DNA of 64,000 bases. Origin: a virus. A program made the translations under genes and the position numbers. The notes beneath the pieces are model-generated. The model made no database searches and had not been told where the DNA came from. It saw only the letters and a list, made by a program, of their open reading frames with translations. The stretch lies in IMG/VR virus record IMGVR_UViG_3300017774_003070, positions 1-64,000 of that record, one strand, 5' to 3'. Below are positions 17,516 to 27,793 of this stretch, in pieces (positions within the stretch are counted from its first letter, which is position 1; every line of letters begins with the position of its first letter).

Positions 17516-18406
17516 ATGGATTTTCTACCAGAATTTGATTTAGATGAACCTGAGATCATTGAACAAGAGGATGAGCAGGTTGATTTACCAGAAAACGCAG
17601 ACCCTAATGTGGTAGCTGCTTTTGAGTACTATCGAGATAATAACTTTTTTTCGATTAGTACTGAGGACTTTGATGGAACCCCTGAAGGACTACAATCCCT
17701 TCTGACTAATCAGTGGCAACACTCTCAGCAGAGCTTGATTAATAATGCTCCTGACTTTGCCAAACCTCTCATTGAGCTTGTACAGCTTAAAGGCCAGAAC
17801 TTCACAGAAGATGAACTAGTAGAGGCTTTGAATATTATCAAGCCACCTGTACTAGATCTTACCAATGAAGATCAAGCTGAATCCTACCTTAGAAGTTCTT
17901 ATGCTAAAGAAGGTATGACGCAAGAGGAAATTGATGAAGAGATTGAAGAGTTGAAGTACAAAGACAAGTTGACTAAAGCTGCTGAACGTGTATTACGAGT
18001 AGAACAGAAGCTGAACAAAACAAGCTTAGTTGACAAAGTTGAGCAAGTTAAAGCACAGCAAGCTAACGAGATGAAAGATGCTCAAGAGTTTGTAGCTAAG
18101 TTTCAACAGACTATCAATGAACTTCCTTGGCAAGCTGAAACTAAAGCAGCTATTCAAGAAGAGTTCCAGACAGGTAAGTTTAAGACAAAGCTAGAGACAA
18201 TCTTCCAGAGTCCTAAAGACTTAGCTGATCTAGTAGCTTTTGTTCAACATTATGGTTCCAATGGATTTAATTTAACTGCTTATCAGAAAGCAGCATTTAG
18301 CCCTACAGTAAAGAAGGTGAGAGATACTTACAAGAACTACTGGGGGAATACAGCAATTACAAGTAACAAAAAACAATCTAGTCAAGAGTTTGATTTTGAC
18401 TTTTAA
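17516..18406 (+). CDS. Putative capsid scaffolding protein
   Basis: Acidic helical protein between portal and major capsid protein. Confidence 0.65.
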   Translation: MDFLPEFDLDEPEIIEQEDEQVDLPENADPNVVAAFEYYRDNNFFSISTEDFDGTPEGLQSLLTNQWQHSQQSLINNAPDFAKPLIELVQLKGQNFTEDELVEALNIIKPPVLDLTNEDQAESYLRSSYAKEGMTQEEIDEEIEELKYKDKLTKAAERVLRVEQKLNKTSLVDKVEQVKAQQANEMKDAQEFVAKFQQTINELPWQAETKAAIQEEFQTGKFKTKLETIFQSPKDLADLVAFVQHYGSNGFNLTAYQKAAFSPTVKKVRDTYKNYWGNTAITSNKKQSSQEFDFDF

Positions 18407-18418
18407 ACAAAACAATTA

Positions 18419-20014
18419 ATGGATCGCAAATCAGCACTTCAGGTTACAGAGTATAAGGCGTTCGGTGGTACGTTCTTTGACTCTATCTCACACGCGGCTA
18501 TGTTCCGTGATGAGAAAGCTTATGACTTTGGTGTTATGACAGCAGGTTTGTTCAGCTCAACTAAAATGATGGGTTTGACAAATAAGCGTTGGTCGTATCT
18601 TACCATTGCTCAAGGCAACGTTTATGTACTACCAGCAGGTACTAATGATTACCAATGGTCAGTAGCAGGAGATAGCGAAATTGACTTCCGCTTTACTGAA
18701 CTGTTAGTAAGTACTTCTGCACAAGTAGGTAAAGGCAACACTACATTTGACATTGCAATTGACCGTAACTGGTTGAAAGCACCAGCAGTTCTTAAGTTGG
18801 GAGCTTCTGACAATGCACCTAGTATTGAAATCCTTAGCAACCAAGCAGAGCCTTTGAATGCTCACTCTTGGAAGTACACTTGTCAATTACAAGACGGTAA
18901 TCCTAACTCTTGGATTCCAGCTTTTTACTTGGCTCCTGGTCAATTGGCTAACCGTATTTCTACTCGTGTATCTAACGAAGAGAACTACAAAGGTGCTGGT
19001 GACTATTACCAATCATTTACCAAGTTGCGTTCTGTAGTAGGTCAGTACTCTAACGAGATTGGCTTTACTGACAAATTCATCAAGCGTGAAATTGCAGCAG
19101 CTAAAGGTAATGGTCAAGGTATGACTTACGAAGACACTGACGGCAAACAATACCGTGATGCATTCTCTCGTGGTTACATCTACCAGACAAGCTTGAAAGA
19201 CAAGAATACCAATGAAATTGTACAGAAAGGTGTGTTTATCACTAAAGCTGAACAACGTTTGTTGGAACGTACTGAGCTTGACCGCGAACGTGCAATGGAA
19301 TTCGGAAGACTTCAGATTGACAATGACTTGGATTCAGGTCGTGCGAAGAAAACTGCTCCAGGTTGGAGACAGATCGTAATGGATGGTCAAATCATGCCTC
19401 ACAATGGCAACTTTACCTTGAACGATCTGTATGACTTTTTGCACCAAGTATTCTTCCGTCGTCGTGGCTTTATGAATCGTAAAGCGTTACTCGTAGGTGG
19501 TACAGGTGCAATCAGCTACTTGTCCAACTTGATTGCTCAGAATGCTTCTGTATTCCAGACACTTGAGCCAGGGTTTGCTGTACGTGACAATGCTGAACCA
19601 GTAGGTGTTCACAAGTATGAGAAAGAGTTTGGTTTCCAGTTCACGAAGATTCGTTTGCCTATGGGTATTGACGTGTCTATCATGTACGATCCAAGCAAAG
19701 ATGATGACACTCTGTTCAAAGAAAAGATGCCTGGAAGTTATTTGCCAAAAGAGTCTTTCAACATTGACGTTCTGGACTTCGGTCAGACTGAAAATGCTGC
19801 TGAGAATTCAAGTGGTGAAAACATCTGTATGGTAATGGAAGATCAGTCTGATTACTACTACAGCGTTGCCAACGCAATTGACTTTAAGAATGGTATTGTT
19901 CGTGATGGTTCTAACGTATACAAGAACGGTAAGACGTTGGAGATCAAGCGTGAATTGTCTGGGTCATTGTGCATTTGGGACGCAACTGCCGTCGGAAGGA
20001 TCGTTTACATTTGA
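18419..20014 (+). CDS. Major capsid protein (crAss-like HK97 fold)
   Basis: 531 aa, strongly optimised codons, synteny, followed by a terminator. Confidence 0.85.
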   Translation: MDRKSALQVTEYKAFGGTFFDSISHAAMFRDEKAYDFGVMTAGLFSSTKMMGLTNKRWSYLTIAQGNVYVLPAGTNDYQWSVAGDSEIDFRFTELLVSTSAQVGKGNTTFDIAIDRNWLKAPAVLKLGASDNAPSIEILSNQAEPLNAHSWKYTCQLQDGNPNSWIPAFYLAPGQLANRISTRVSNEENYKGAGDYYQSFTKLRSVVGQYSNEIGFTDKFIKREIAAAKGNGQGMTYEDTDGKQYRDAFSRGYIYQTSLKDKNTNEIVQKGVFITKAEQRLLERTELDRERAMEFGRLQIDNDLDSGRAKKTAPGWRQIVMDGQIMPHNGNFTLNDLYDFLHQVFFRRRGFMNRKALLVGGTGAISYLSNLIAQNASVFQTLEPGFAVRDNAEPVGVHKYEKEFGFQFTKIRLPMGIDVSIMYDPSKDDDTLFKEKMPGSYLPKESFNIDVLDFGQTENAAENSSGENICMVMEDQSDYYYSVANAIDFKNGIVRDGSNVYKNGKTLEIKRELSGSLCIWDATAVGRIVYI

Positions 20015-20030
20015 TATAAGTTAATAATAC

Positions 20031-20060
20031 GAGAGGGTGAGATTCCCTCTCACTATTTAA
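20031..20060 (+). terminator. Intrinsic terminator after the major capsid gene
   Basis: GAGAGGG/CCCTCTC stem followed by ACTATTTAA. Confidence 0.6.
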
Positions 20061-20081
20061 TTCAAAATCATTAAAAGACGT

Positions 20082-21170
20082 GTGATGAGCGTAGATAAGA
20101 TTTATGTAATGTCTGTACCTAGAGTATCGGTACAAGGACGAAGCCACTACGAATATCGTAGTTCTGAAGGTAATTCTCAATCTATTGGTCGTTCTAAAGT
20201 TAGAGGTGCTATAACTCCTCTTCAGTTTCATAGGACTGACAATAGACTGGTTACAGGACTTGATGAGAATATTACTAATCCATACAAAGGTTTGGAATGT
20301 AAAGCTTCTCATTGGTTAGAAAGCTGGGATAAGATTGAGAAAGCTGATGAGTTGAGTTTGCAGCAAGTGTACGAAATTAAAGACAATGTACCTGCTGGTA
20401 CTTATACGTCTGTAGTTACTACACCTACTATGACAACTGCAATGAACTCTCCTAAGCAAGCTGAAAGAATAGAAGCTGAACGTACTTTCTTGGAAGGATT
20501 CAAATGCTACTTAGAAGAAGGTACTAATGTATTCTCTGCGGATACTGATCGTGGACGTTGGTGCATTCACATTTGTAAGAGTCACCCACTTGTAGCTAAG
20601 AATGCTCAAGAAGTAAACCACGACATTCACGAGTTCTACATTGGTGAAGAAGAAGAAGCATTGAAGCAGAAAGTAGAGAAGAGAAATGTACTGATGGAAG
20701 GTTTAAGCAATCTAGGAAATCTAGTGAAGTCTTATCCTCACTTCTCTCAGCAGCAAATCTCAACTATCCTCAAGCTGAACTACTCTGATACTTCTGAAAC
20801 TACAACTAAGTCAAGTCTTCAGGAATATGTATTTGAAGATCGTAAGACAGCTAATGGTACTCAACTAGAACGTATTGATACCTTTAATAAGATTTACGAA
20901 CTCTTAGAAAAAGAGCCTGATAGAGTTTACATTAAATACTTGGTAGAACAGGCAGTTAAGAATTATGTAATCTTAATGGATGGAGGGAAGTATATCTGGA
21001 GATCACAGAAAGGAATTGATAACCTTTATTCTCTAGGCATCAAAGGGCACACAGTTGAAAATCTCTTCTTGCAAGAGTATGAGCAGTATGATCCTAAAGC
21101 CCCTAATCCAGATAATGCTTACGTCAAATTAATTAACGAGCTGAAAGGCTTCGGAGTTAAAATACAGTAA
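20082..21170 (+). CDS. Conserved crAss-like structural-module protein
   Basis: Synteny directly after the capsid gene. Confidence 0.6.
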   Translation: MMSVDKIYVMSVPRVSVQGRSHYEYRSSEGNSQSIGRSKVRGAITPLQFHRTDNRLVTGLDENITNPYKGLECKASHWLESWDKIEKADELSLQQVYEIKDNVPAGTYTSVVTTPTMTTAMNSPKQAERIEAERTFLEGFKCYLEEGTNVFSADTDRGRWCIHICKSHPLVAKNAQEVNHDIHEFYIGEEEEALKQKVEKRNVLMEGLSNLGNLVKSYPHFSQQQISTILKLNYSDTSETTTKSSLQEYVFEDRKTANGTQLERIDTFNKIYELLEKEPDRVYIKYLVEQAVKNYVILMDGGKYIWRSQKGIDNLYSLGIKGHTVENLFLQEYEQYDPKAPNPDNAYVKLINELKGFGVKIQ

Positions 21171-21901
21171 TGATTAAAGTAGAAGAGTTACACAGCAAGT
21201 TTGAAATGGCATACAATCGACAAGCTAATAATCAACGTAGGTATTTAAACGACGTTGAGAAAGACGAGCTTTTGAACTATGCTGTATTTGAGTATGTGGA
21301 ACTCTTTACTACTGGAGTAAATAAGAACAATTGGAATATAGGCTTTGAGGTTACTCAGCAACGAATTGACATGCTGGAACCTCTTGTTAAATCCTACCCT
21401 GAAGAGCCAAGTCTCAAGCTGTCAGTCAATGACGGAATCTACATTGCAGACTTAACCAAGACGGCTTTTCCTCTCAAGTCATTTCACGGAGCCTATATTT
21501 CAATTTCTGAATGTAGTGATAGAATTAACATAGACATAGATCAGCATCAAGACTTGAATACTGCTAGACAGAATCAACACAGAAAGTCTAGTAGAGCTTG
21601 GAAAAGATGTATAGGTACAATTAGGAATAAGAAACTCTTCTTGTATCCTGATGGATCAATGACTCCACTTAATGTCTATCTCACTTACATTAAACAACCA
21701 GATAAGATTGCACTAGGGACATATCCAGCGTTACAAGACAAGGATATTCCTAATGCAATTAACTTAACTAAAACAGACAGTGATTTACCAGCACAGTACA
21801 TTGACATTGTAGTTTCAATTGCAGTTCAAGAAGCTCACAGAAGATTCAGCAATTACAATGACTTGCAGGTTAACTCACAAAAGATTAATACAATCGTATA
21901 A
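21170..21901 (+). CDS. Head-tail adaptor (ring) protein
   Basis: Helical N-terminus, YLTYIKQP motif, C-terminal IVVSIAV typical of podophage tubular/ring proteins; synteny. Confidence 0.65.
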   Translation: MIKVEELHSKFEMAYNRQANNQRRYLNDVEKDELLNYAVFEYVELFTTGVNKNNWNIGFEVTQQRIDMLEPLVKSYPEEPSLKLSVNDGIYIADLTKTAFPLKSFHGAYISISECSDRINIDIDQHQDLNTARQNQHRKSSRAWKRCIGTIRNKKLFLYPDGSMTPLNVYLTYIKQPDKIALGTYPALQDKDIPNAINLTKTDSDLPAQYIDIVVSIAVQEAHRRFSNYNDLQVNSQKINTIV

Positions 21902-21931
21902 CATTCGGGAAACTGAATTAAAAAGAAAAAC

Positions 21932-23293
21932 ATGTTACGTAAAACACAGAAACCGATGCAAGAGTATTTTTTGGTTGCCACTGGTAATCAAGCTATGCGC
22001 ACATCTGGTTCATTCTTTGGTTCTGGTAATGCACTCAACCTCACTAACGGTCAGCTTGGTGTAATTCGTCCAGAACTTCGCACTTACATTGACGGTACTT
22101 CTGATGCAGTATCTAACGGTGTATTGCAAATTCAAATCCTCCAAGGTACTAGCAAGTCAGCTAACACGACTTCAGTAATTGGCTGGTCAGGTCTTGAAAC
22201 CCCTGCTTACAATTCTTCTCCAGTAATTCCAGCTAACAGTATCTTGCAGGTAACTACTAATCTTCCTGTAGTTGGTACTCTTTCTAGCTTGCTTTACAGC
22301 TCTTTGTCTGCCCCTACTGCTGACACTAAGTATGCATTGAATGTTAAGATGCGTTCAGTTCGTAAGGACAAGAAGTTTGGTGGAAACATTGATCAATTCT
22401 CGTCTGTCTACACTTCTGGTGCAACTGCTCCAACTCAAGCTGTAGTTCTGAGTAACTTGATCGCTGGTTTGAACAAGTACAGCAAAGCCAATAACTTGAT
22501 TCCTCCTTTTCAATCCCTGGGTAACATCAAAAATGTAGTTGCAATTGGTATTGACACTGACGGTTCTGGTTCTGGTCAAGCAATTGGTACTCTGGTAACT
22601 GGAAACACAATCAACGTAATGACTGACGGCACTAGCAACATGTCTATTACCTTGACTAAGGAAATGATCCAGACCATCAAAGGTTGGATTGATTCTACTC
22701 CACTGACTGCAACTTCCGAGATTGTAAACGTTACTACTGCAAGCACTGGTTCTGCTGATGTTGATTCTGTAATTGTAATGGGACTTGATCACGATCTGTC
22801 TCTTGCTTATGACGACATCCAACAAGTTCGTGTAGATGTAACTGGTACTACAATCACTTGGCCTGATGGTACTTACACTGAAACTACTTTGACTAACGCA
22901 ATCGAGAGCACTGGTTCTGGTCGTTACTTCAAAATCTGGTTTGACGAACGTGCATTTGGTCAGCATGGTAACGAGCAACTTGCTGGTTTCACTGATACAA
23001 TTATCCGTCCATACAGTGCCATTGACGAGACTCTGAGCTACACTGCAACTGCTATTGATTTCTTGCAAGAAGAATTCATCAACAACGATCTTTCTCACCA
23101 GAATAACCGTGTTTGGATTTTGCTTCCTGCTACTGATGACAGTGCAACTGCAACTGGTGCTGATGGGATTACTACTTCGACTTCTGCTTCAACGACTGTA
23201 ACTGCCTTGAATACAATTCTTGGTGCATGGTTGTTGAGCAACGATAAATTCACCATTAACGGTGATGGCTCAAGTTCTGCTCTGTTTGTTTGA
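21932..23293 (+). CDS. Auxiliary capsid (decoration) protein
   Basis: 453 aa, Thr/Ser-rich, highly expressed codon bias, followed by a terminator; crAss-like synteny. Confidence 0.6.
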   Translation: MLRKTQKPMQEYFLVATGNQAMRTSGSFFGSGNALNLTNGQLGVIRPELRTYIDGTSDAVSNGVLQIQILQGTSKSANTTSVIGWSGLETPAYNSSPVIPANSILQVTTNLPVVGTLSSLLYSSLSAPTADTKYALNVKMRSVRKDKKFGGNIDQFSSVYTSGATAPTQAVVLSNLIAGLNKYSKANNLIPPFQSLGNIKNVVAIGIDTDGSGSGQAIGTLVTGNTINVMTDGTSNMSITLTKEMIQTIKGWIDSTPLTATSEIVNVTTASTGSADVDSVIVMGLDHDLSLAYDDIQQVRVDVTGTTITWPDGTYTETTLTNAIESTGSGRYFKIWFDERAFGQHGNEQLAGFTDTIIRPYSAIDETLSYTATAIDFLQEEFINNDLSHQNNRVWILLPATDDSATATGADGITTSTSASTTVTALNTILGAWLLSNDKFTINGDGSSSALFV

Positions 23294-23299
23294 TAAATT

Positions 23300-23330
23300 A
23301 GGGAGTGCTTAGAAATAGGCACTTCCCTTT
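23300..23330 (+). terminator. Intrinsic terminator
   Basis: AGGGAGTGC/GCACTTCCCT stem followed by TT. Confidence 0.55.
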
Positions 23331-23350
23331 CACTCTCTAAATTCACGACA

Positions 23351-23929
23351 ATGGATATGTTTTTTGGAAAAGGACAATTCAACGGACGCAGACGTAAGAA
23401 CCTATTTATGGGTGATGGTGGCTCTAGTAATTTCGATTACGGTAAAGGAGTTCGTCAACTACTTGCTGAAGCAACTGCAATTTCCTTTGGTTCTACTCTT
23501 TCTGTAACTGGTGCTGTAACGGCTGCTAGTTCAATTACTGCTACTGGACAGATCATTGGTACTGGTGTAGATCAACTATTGGGTAAACTTATTGGTGCTA
23601 ACATGAACGTTCTCACTGACCAAGCTATTCCGATTACTCGAATTGGTACTCAGAAATACATCATTACGAAGATCGTAGTTACCAACGCATCTACAAGCTT
23701 AACTGCTGCCGATGGTGGTATCTATACTGCTGTTTCTAAAGGTGGTACTGCAATTGTAGCTGCTGCTCAAGTGTATACTGCTCTTACTTCTGCAACTGTA
23801 GCTCTGGATCTTACTTTGGCTGTAAATAACACTTACACCTTAGATAACTTGTACTTGTCTCTGACTGGTACTCAAGGTGGTGCGGCTACTGCTGACATTT
23901 ATGTATTTGGAATTGTTCTTCCAGCGTAA
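23351..23929 (+). CDS. Putative head fibre or virion protein
   Basis: Thr/Ala/Gly-rich beta protein in the structural module. Confidence 0.6.
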   Translation: MDMFFGKGQFNGRRRKNLFMGDGGSSNFDYGKGVRQLLAEATAISFGSTLSVTGAVTAASSITATGQIIGTGVDQLLGKLIGANMNVLTDQAIPITRIGTQKYIITKIVVTNASTSLTAADGGIYTAVSKGGTAIVAAAQVYTALTSATVALDLTLAVNNTYTLDNLYLSLTGTQGGAATADIYVFGIVLPA

Positions 23930-23943
23930 TAAATTAGAAGACT

Positions 23944-24663
23944 GTGAGTAAAGACGTAAGATTACTTAAAAGCCTTAAGAGGGACAAAAGCATTCAAGGG
24001 ATGTCCTATGGTGGGGCTAACTCTGATTATGACTTTACTTTCAGTCTTACTGATTGGATTAATGAAGGTATTGCAGATGGTGACATCAACGCTTCTGGTG
24101 CTGGTGTAACTGATGGAAACAAAGGTGACATTACTGTATCTGCTTCTGGTACTAACTGGAGGTTGAATAACATTGTCACTGCTGGAACTAAGATCAATCC
24201 TACAATTACTGTAGATGCTAAAGGCAGAATTACAGCTATTGTAGAACCTTCATTTTACCAAGCTGGTACTGGATGTTATGTCTATGCAAGTAATACAGGA
24301 GTTACATTCAGTCAATCTGCTGGTGTAGCTACAATTACAGTTCCTTCTGGAGTTAAGTTGTACTACTTTGTTATTCAAGGTACTACTGCAAACTTAGAGT
24401 CAGGAACTAATTACACTGTTAATATCTTAACTGCAAGCACGACTGAGAATGTAAGTCTTGCTACTCTTATGCCTCCTTTTACTGACGTTATAAATACTAC
24501 AGCACAATTAGGAGGAGCATTATCTACTTCACTTCCTTTCATCTATACTCAGAATACTTCTCCTCAAAAGCAACTTGTTTCAGTAGGAACTGGTGACATA
24601 GGTGTGAGATACATAGGAATGGAAGTGTACTCAAACTGGGCAATTATAGGCTACAAACCGTAA
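23944..24663 (+). CDS. Putative fibre protein
   Basis: ITVDAKGRIT fibre motif; DGNKGDITV module shared with 24667..27792. Confidence 0.6.
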   Translation: MSKDVRLLKSLKRDKSIQGMSYGGANSDYDFTFSLTDWINEGIADGDINASGAGVTDGNKGDITVSASGTNWRLNNIVTAGTKINPTITVDAKGRITAIVEPSFYQAGTGCYVYASNTGVTFSQSAGVATITVPSGVKLYYFVIQGTTANLESGTNYTVNILTASTTENVSLATLMPPFTDVINTTAQLGGALSTSLPFIYTQNTSPQKQLVSVGTGDIGVRYIGMEVYSNWAIIGYKP

Positions 24664-24666
24664 ACA

Positions 24667-27600
24667 ATGAATAAGCTATTATTTCTTTTACTATTGCTGC
24701 TTCCACTATCCTTAATTGGACAAGTGGAATCTCAGTTTAATGGGACACTGAATGTATTCTCTGGTTCACGAATTGGATCTACAAATACATTCACTATCTC
24801 TGGTATTTATTCAAATACTACAAGTCAGTATACATCAGCTAATTCAGCTACAGGTGACATTGTACAAGTGCAGTCAGGCTCAAGGTTCTACTGGTTACAC
24901 ATTTACTCAATAGCGTCTAATGCAGGAGGTGTAATTACTTGTAATGTACGAGACAGCTCTAGTACACTGACTACATTTCCATTAGGGAACTGGAACATCT
25001 TCAGACCTACTGTGAACAGACGATTACCTCTTACTGCTGATGGTATCTCTAATGCAGCTAGAGCTTCTGCATTTAATACACTAGCTTTACGTGTAGATCA
25101 GATTGCTAGTTCTGGTTCTAGTTCAACTAACTGTGAGCAGACTATAACTAAGACAGCTCATGGATTTAGAAAATGGACACCAATCTTCTGGAATGGTTCT
25201 ACTTATATTAGACCTACAGCAGACAGTTTAGTACCTGACTACATTGTAATAGACAGCTTGACCGCTAATACATTTAAGGTTGCTAGTTGTGGAACTTATA
25301 CAACTACTCTGAGTAATGGACTTTACTGGTTTACATCAGCTAACCCTGGTTACAGTTTGACTGCGGATACTACTAAGGTTCCTCTTTTTCAAGTACTTAA
25401 TACTAAACTGATTCTTGATCCTATTGTAGGGTTTAACTTGATGTCTGGTAGTGGTTCAGGTACAGGAATTACAAATGGAGACAAAGGAGAAATTACAGTT
25501 ACAGATGATGGAGCAACCTGGACTATTGACAATGGAGTAATAAGCAATGCTAAACTAGCTACCAACGCAGTTGACTCTACAAAAGCAGCTAATCTATCTC
25601 CTAATGATTTAGCACAGACCGGGGCAAACACAAATGATGTGCTTACGTGGACAGGTAGCAAGTATGCACCAAGACCTTCGATCGGTGGAGGTTCTGGGAT
25701 TACCGCTTTAACGGGAGATGTAACAGCATCGGGCACAGGAAGCGTTGCGGCTACGATTGCTAATAACTCTGTGACCTCTGCTAAAATAGCAAGTCAAACA
25801 CTTGATTCAACTGATTTAAAAAACAGAGGGACTACTCTTTTGAAATTGGCTCAAAGTGGAGCTACAAATGGGCAAGTCCCAGTTTATAATTCTACGTCCG
25901 GTAATTGGGAAGCTGGGACTGTATCAGGCGGTAGTGGAAGCCCAGGTGGTTCAACTACTCAGATTCAGTATAATAATGCAGGAAGTTTTGCTGGAGAATC
26001 TGGGATTGTTCGTTCTGGCACTGGATCAATAACTTTATCCGGCAAGTTAGTTTCTGGAGACACAGTAAGAGCAAAGACTTTATTGGCTAGAGGATTGTTG
26101 ACAGTTGGAGACAATTTTACCAGTACGCTCGACACTATTACTTTTTTTGGGAATAGTATCACAGAAGGGTATTGGGCTTTCCCTACGGTTCCTACTGCTA
26201 GGTGGACAACCCAAACTAGCTATTATTATGGTTCTTTCGAGGACAATAAAGGTATATCAAATACTAGAATGTCTGGTGGAACCAATGCTATGGAGGGCCG
26301 TACTGCTGAAATTCCAACCTATACAGCTACTCGTAGATATTTGGTTTTTGACTACGGTGTGAATGATGCGAATAACGCAGTGGACACTACTACATTTAAG
26401 ACGGCTTTTGCAGGGGTTATTGACGCAGCCACCGCAAAAGGATGGCCTACTACAAGAATAGTAATTGCATCCCCTACGCTCACTGGTATTGTATCAGGTT
26501 GTGTTAGATGTAGGGATTTTGTATCTGCTTCAAAAAATGTAGCCCTTGCGAAGTCTACAAAGTATGTAGATATGTTCAATGGAATGCTTACTGAAGGCGG
26601 TAGAGCTACTATACATCCTGATAGCGTTCACCCTACAGTGTTTGGGCATAAAGTTGCGGCTGAGGTATTTGTAAACAGTTTGAATGATACAGACTTGAAA
26701 GGAACAATTCGATCCAACCAAAGCATAATTGAAAGAAAATTAACAGTAAGAGGAGTTTCTGATTTTGCAGCAAGAACAAACTTTGCATCTGATGTATATT
26801 TTACTGGTGAAGTGAAATCCTCAATGAATTTAAGTGCAGGAGGGTTATCGAATATATTTGGAGAAGCTACAGTATCCCAGCAAAAATGGGGGTTATTTCG
26901 ATCTGGTAATTCTCGATATGGGATGGGTATAAGCACCAGCGGCGGCATCTTTTCTGATCATTACTTTTCATCTGCTGCGACAGCTTATCGAATAGGAACG
27001 ATGAGTAGCAGCGATGGCACTACATACACTCCATTATTCAGAGTCCTAGCAAATGGTAACGGTGATTTAACAGGTACATTATCGGTGGGGGGGTTATCTG
27101 TAACTAATGCTACAACTTTTTCAGGAGGGGTTACAATAACAGGCGATGCAGTAGTTACTCAACAAAGGTTAGCTATTTTTCGATCTGGTAATTTTCGCTA
27201 TGGCATAGGCATGGGTAGCCCTGATGGTTCTAATTTCTTTACTGACGTATACGGTTCTTCAACTGGCTCAGTTCGATTAGGGTTCATCTCTACAGGTGAC
27301 GGAGCTACTTATAATCCTGTTATTTCTGTTTGGTCTAATGGTAGAACGTATATTGGCACATCTCCAATTGCGCCTACAGCAATATTACATTTAAAAGCAG
27401 GAACTGCCACAGCATCCACAGCTAGTTTGAAAATTGATGAAGGAACGCTTTTGACAACGGCTGAAAAAGGTGCGGAAGAATTTGCAAGTGGTAAAAGGTA
27501 TTTTTCCCCTGCAAATTCGACTAGATACGAATATGCTTTAACGCTTAGAGGCTCCGCAACACTAGACTTCGGAAGCACAGCAGCAAATGGTGAAAGCGAT

Positions 27601-27792
27601 CTAACCATTACGGTTACGGGCGCTGCTGATGGAGACGTTGTAAGTCTAGGTGTTCCAAATGCTAGTGCAACGACAGGAGTATTTTTTGCCTGGGTGAGCG
27701 CAACCAATACGGTAACAGTTCGTTTTCACAATACAAGCGGAGGATCAACTGACCCTGCATCAGGAACATTTAAAGTAACTGTAACTAAATAA
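24667..27792 (+). CDS. Fibre/spike-like protein with Sec signal peptide and SGNH esterase domain
   Basis: MNKLLFLLLLLLPLSLIG|Q; SGNH blocks FFGNSIT, KG, GVND, DSVHP (about 26137-26685); fibre repeats. Confidence 0.75.
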   Translation: MNKLLFLLLLLLPLSLIGQVESQFNGTLNVFSGSRIGSTNTFTISGIYSNTTSQYTSANSATGDIVQVQSGSRFYWLHIYSIASNAGGVITCNVRDSSSTLTTFPLGNWNIFRPTVNRRLPLTADGISNAARASAFNTLALRVDQIASSGSSSTNCEQTITKTAHGFRKWTPIFWNGSTYIRPTADSLVPDYIVIDSLTANTFKVASCGTYTTTLSNGLYWFTSANPGYSLTADTTKVPLFQVLNTKLILDPIVGFNLMSGSGSGTGITNGDKGEITVTDDGATWTIDNGVISNAKLATNAVDSTKAANLSPNDLAQTGANTNDVLTWTGSKYAPRPSIGGGSGITALTGDVTASGTGSVAATIANNSVTSAKIASQTLDSTDLKNRGTTLLKLAQSGATNGQVPVYNSTSGNWEAGTVSGGSGSPGGSTTQIQYNNAGSFAGESGIVRSGTGSITLSGKLVSGDTVRAKTLLARGLLTVGDNFTSTLDTITFFGNSITEGYWAFPTVPTARWTTQTSYYYGSFEDNKGISNTRMSGGTNAMEGRTAEIPTYTATRRYLVFDYGVNDANNAVDTTTFKTAFAGVIDAATAKGWPTTRIVIASPTLTGIVSGCVRCRDFVSASKNVALAKSTKYVDMFNGMLTEGGRATIHPDSVHPTVFGHKVAAEVFVNSLNDTDLKGTIRSNQSIIERKLTVRGVSDFAARTNFASDVYFTGEVKSSMNLSAGGLSNIFGEATVSQQKWGLFRSGNSRYGMGISTSGGIFSDHYFSSAATAYRIGTMSSSDGTTYTPLFRVLANGNGDLTGTLSVGGLSVTNATTFSGGVTITGDAVVTQQRLAIFRSGNFRYGIGMGSPDGSNFFTDVYGSSTGSVRLGFISTGDGATYNPVISVWSNGRTYIGTSPIAPTAILHLKAGTATASTASLKIDEGTLLTTAEKGAEEFASGKRYFSPANSTRYEYALTLRGSATLDFGSTAANGESDLTITVTGAADGDVVSLGVPNASATTGVFFAWVSATNTVTVRFHNTSGGSTDPASGTFKVTVTK

Positions 27793-27793
27793 C

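Noticed and set aside
27500-27792. C-terminal KVTVTK as a type IX secretion C-terminal domain
   Set aside because: Lacks the YPNP and GxY pattern and resembles a generic fibre-tip domain; not supportable without an HMM search
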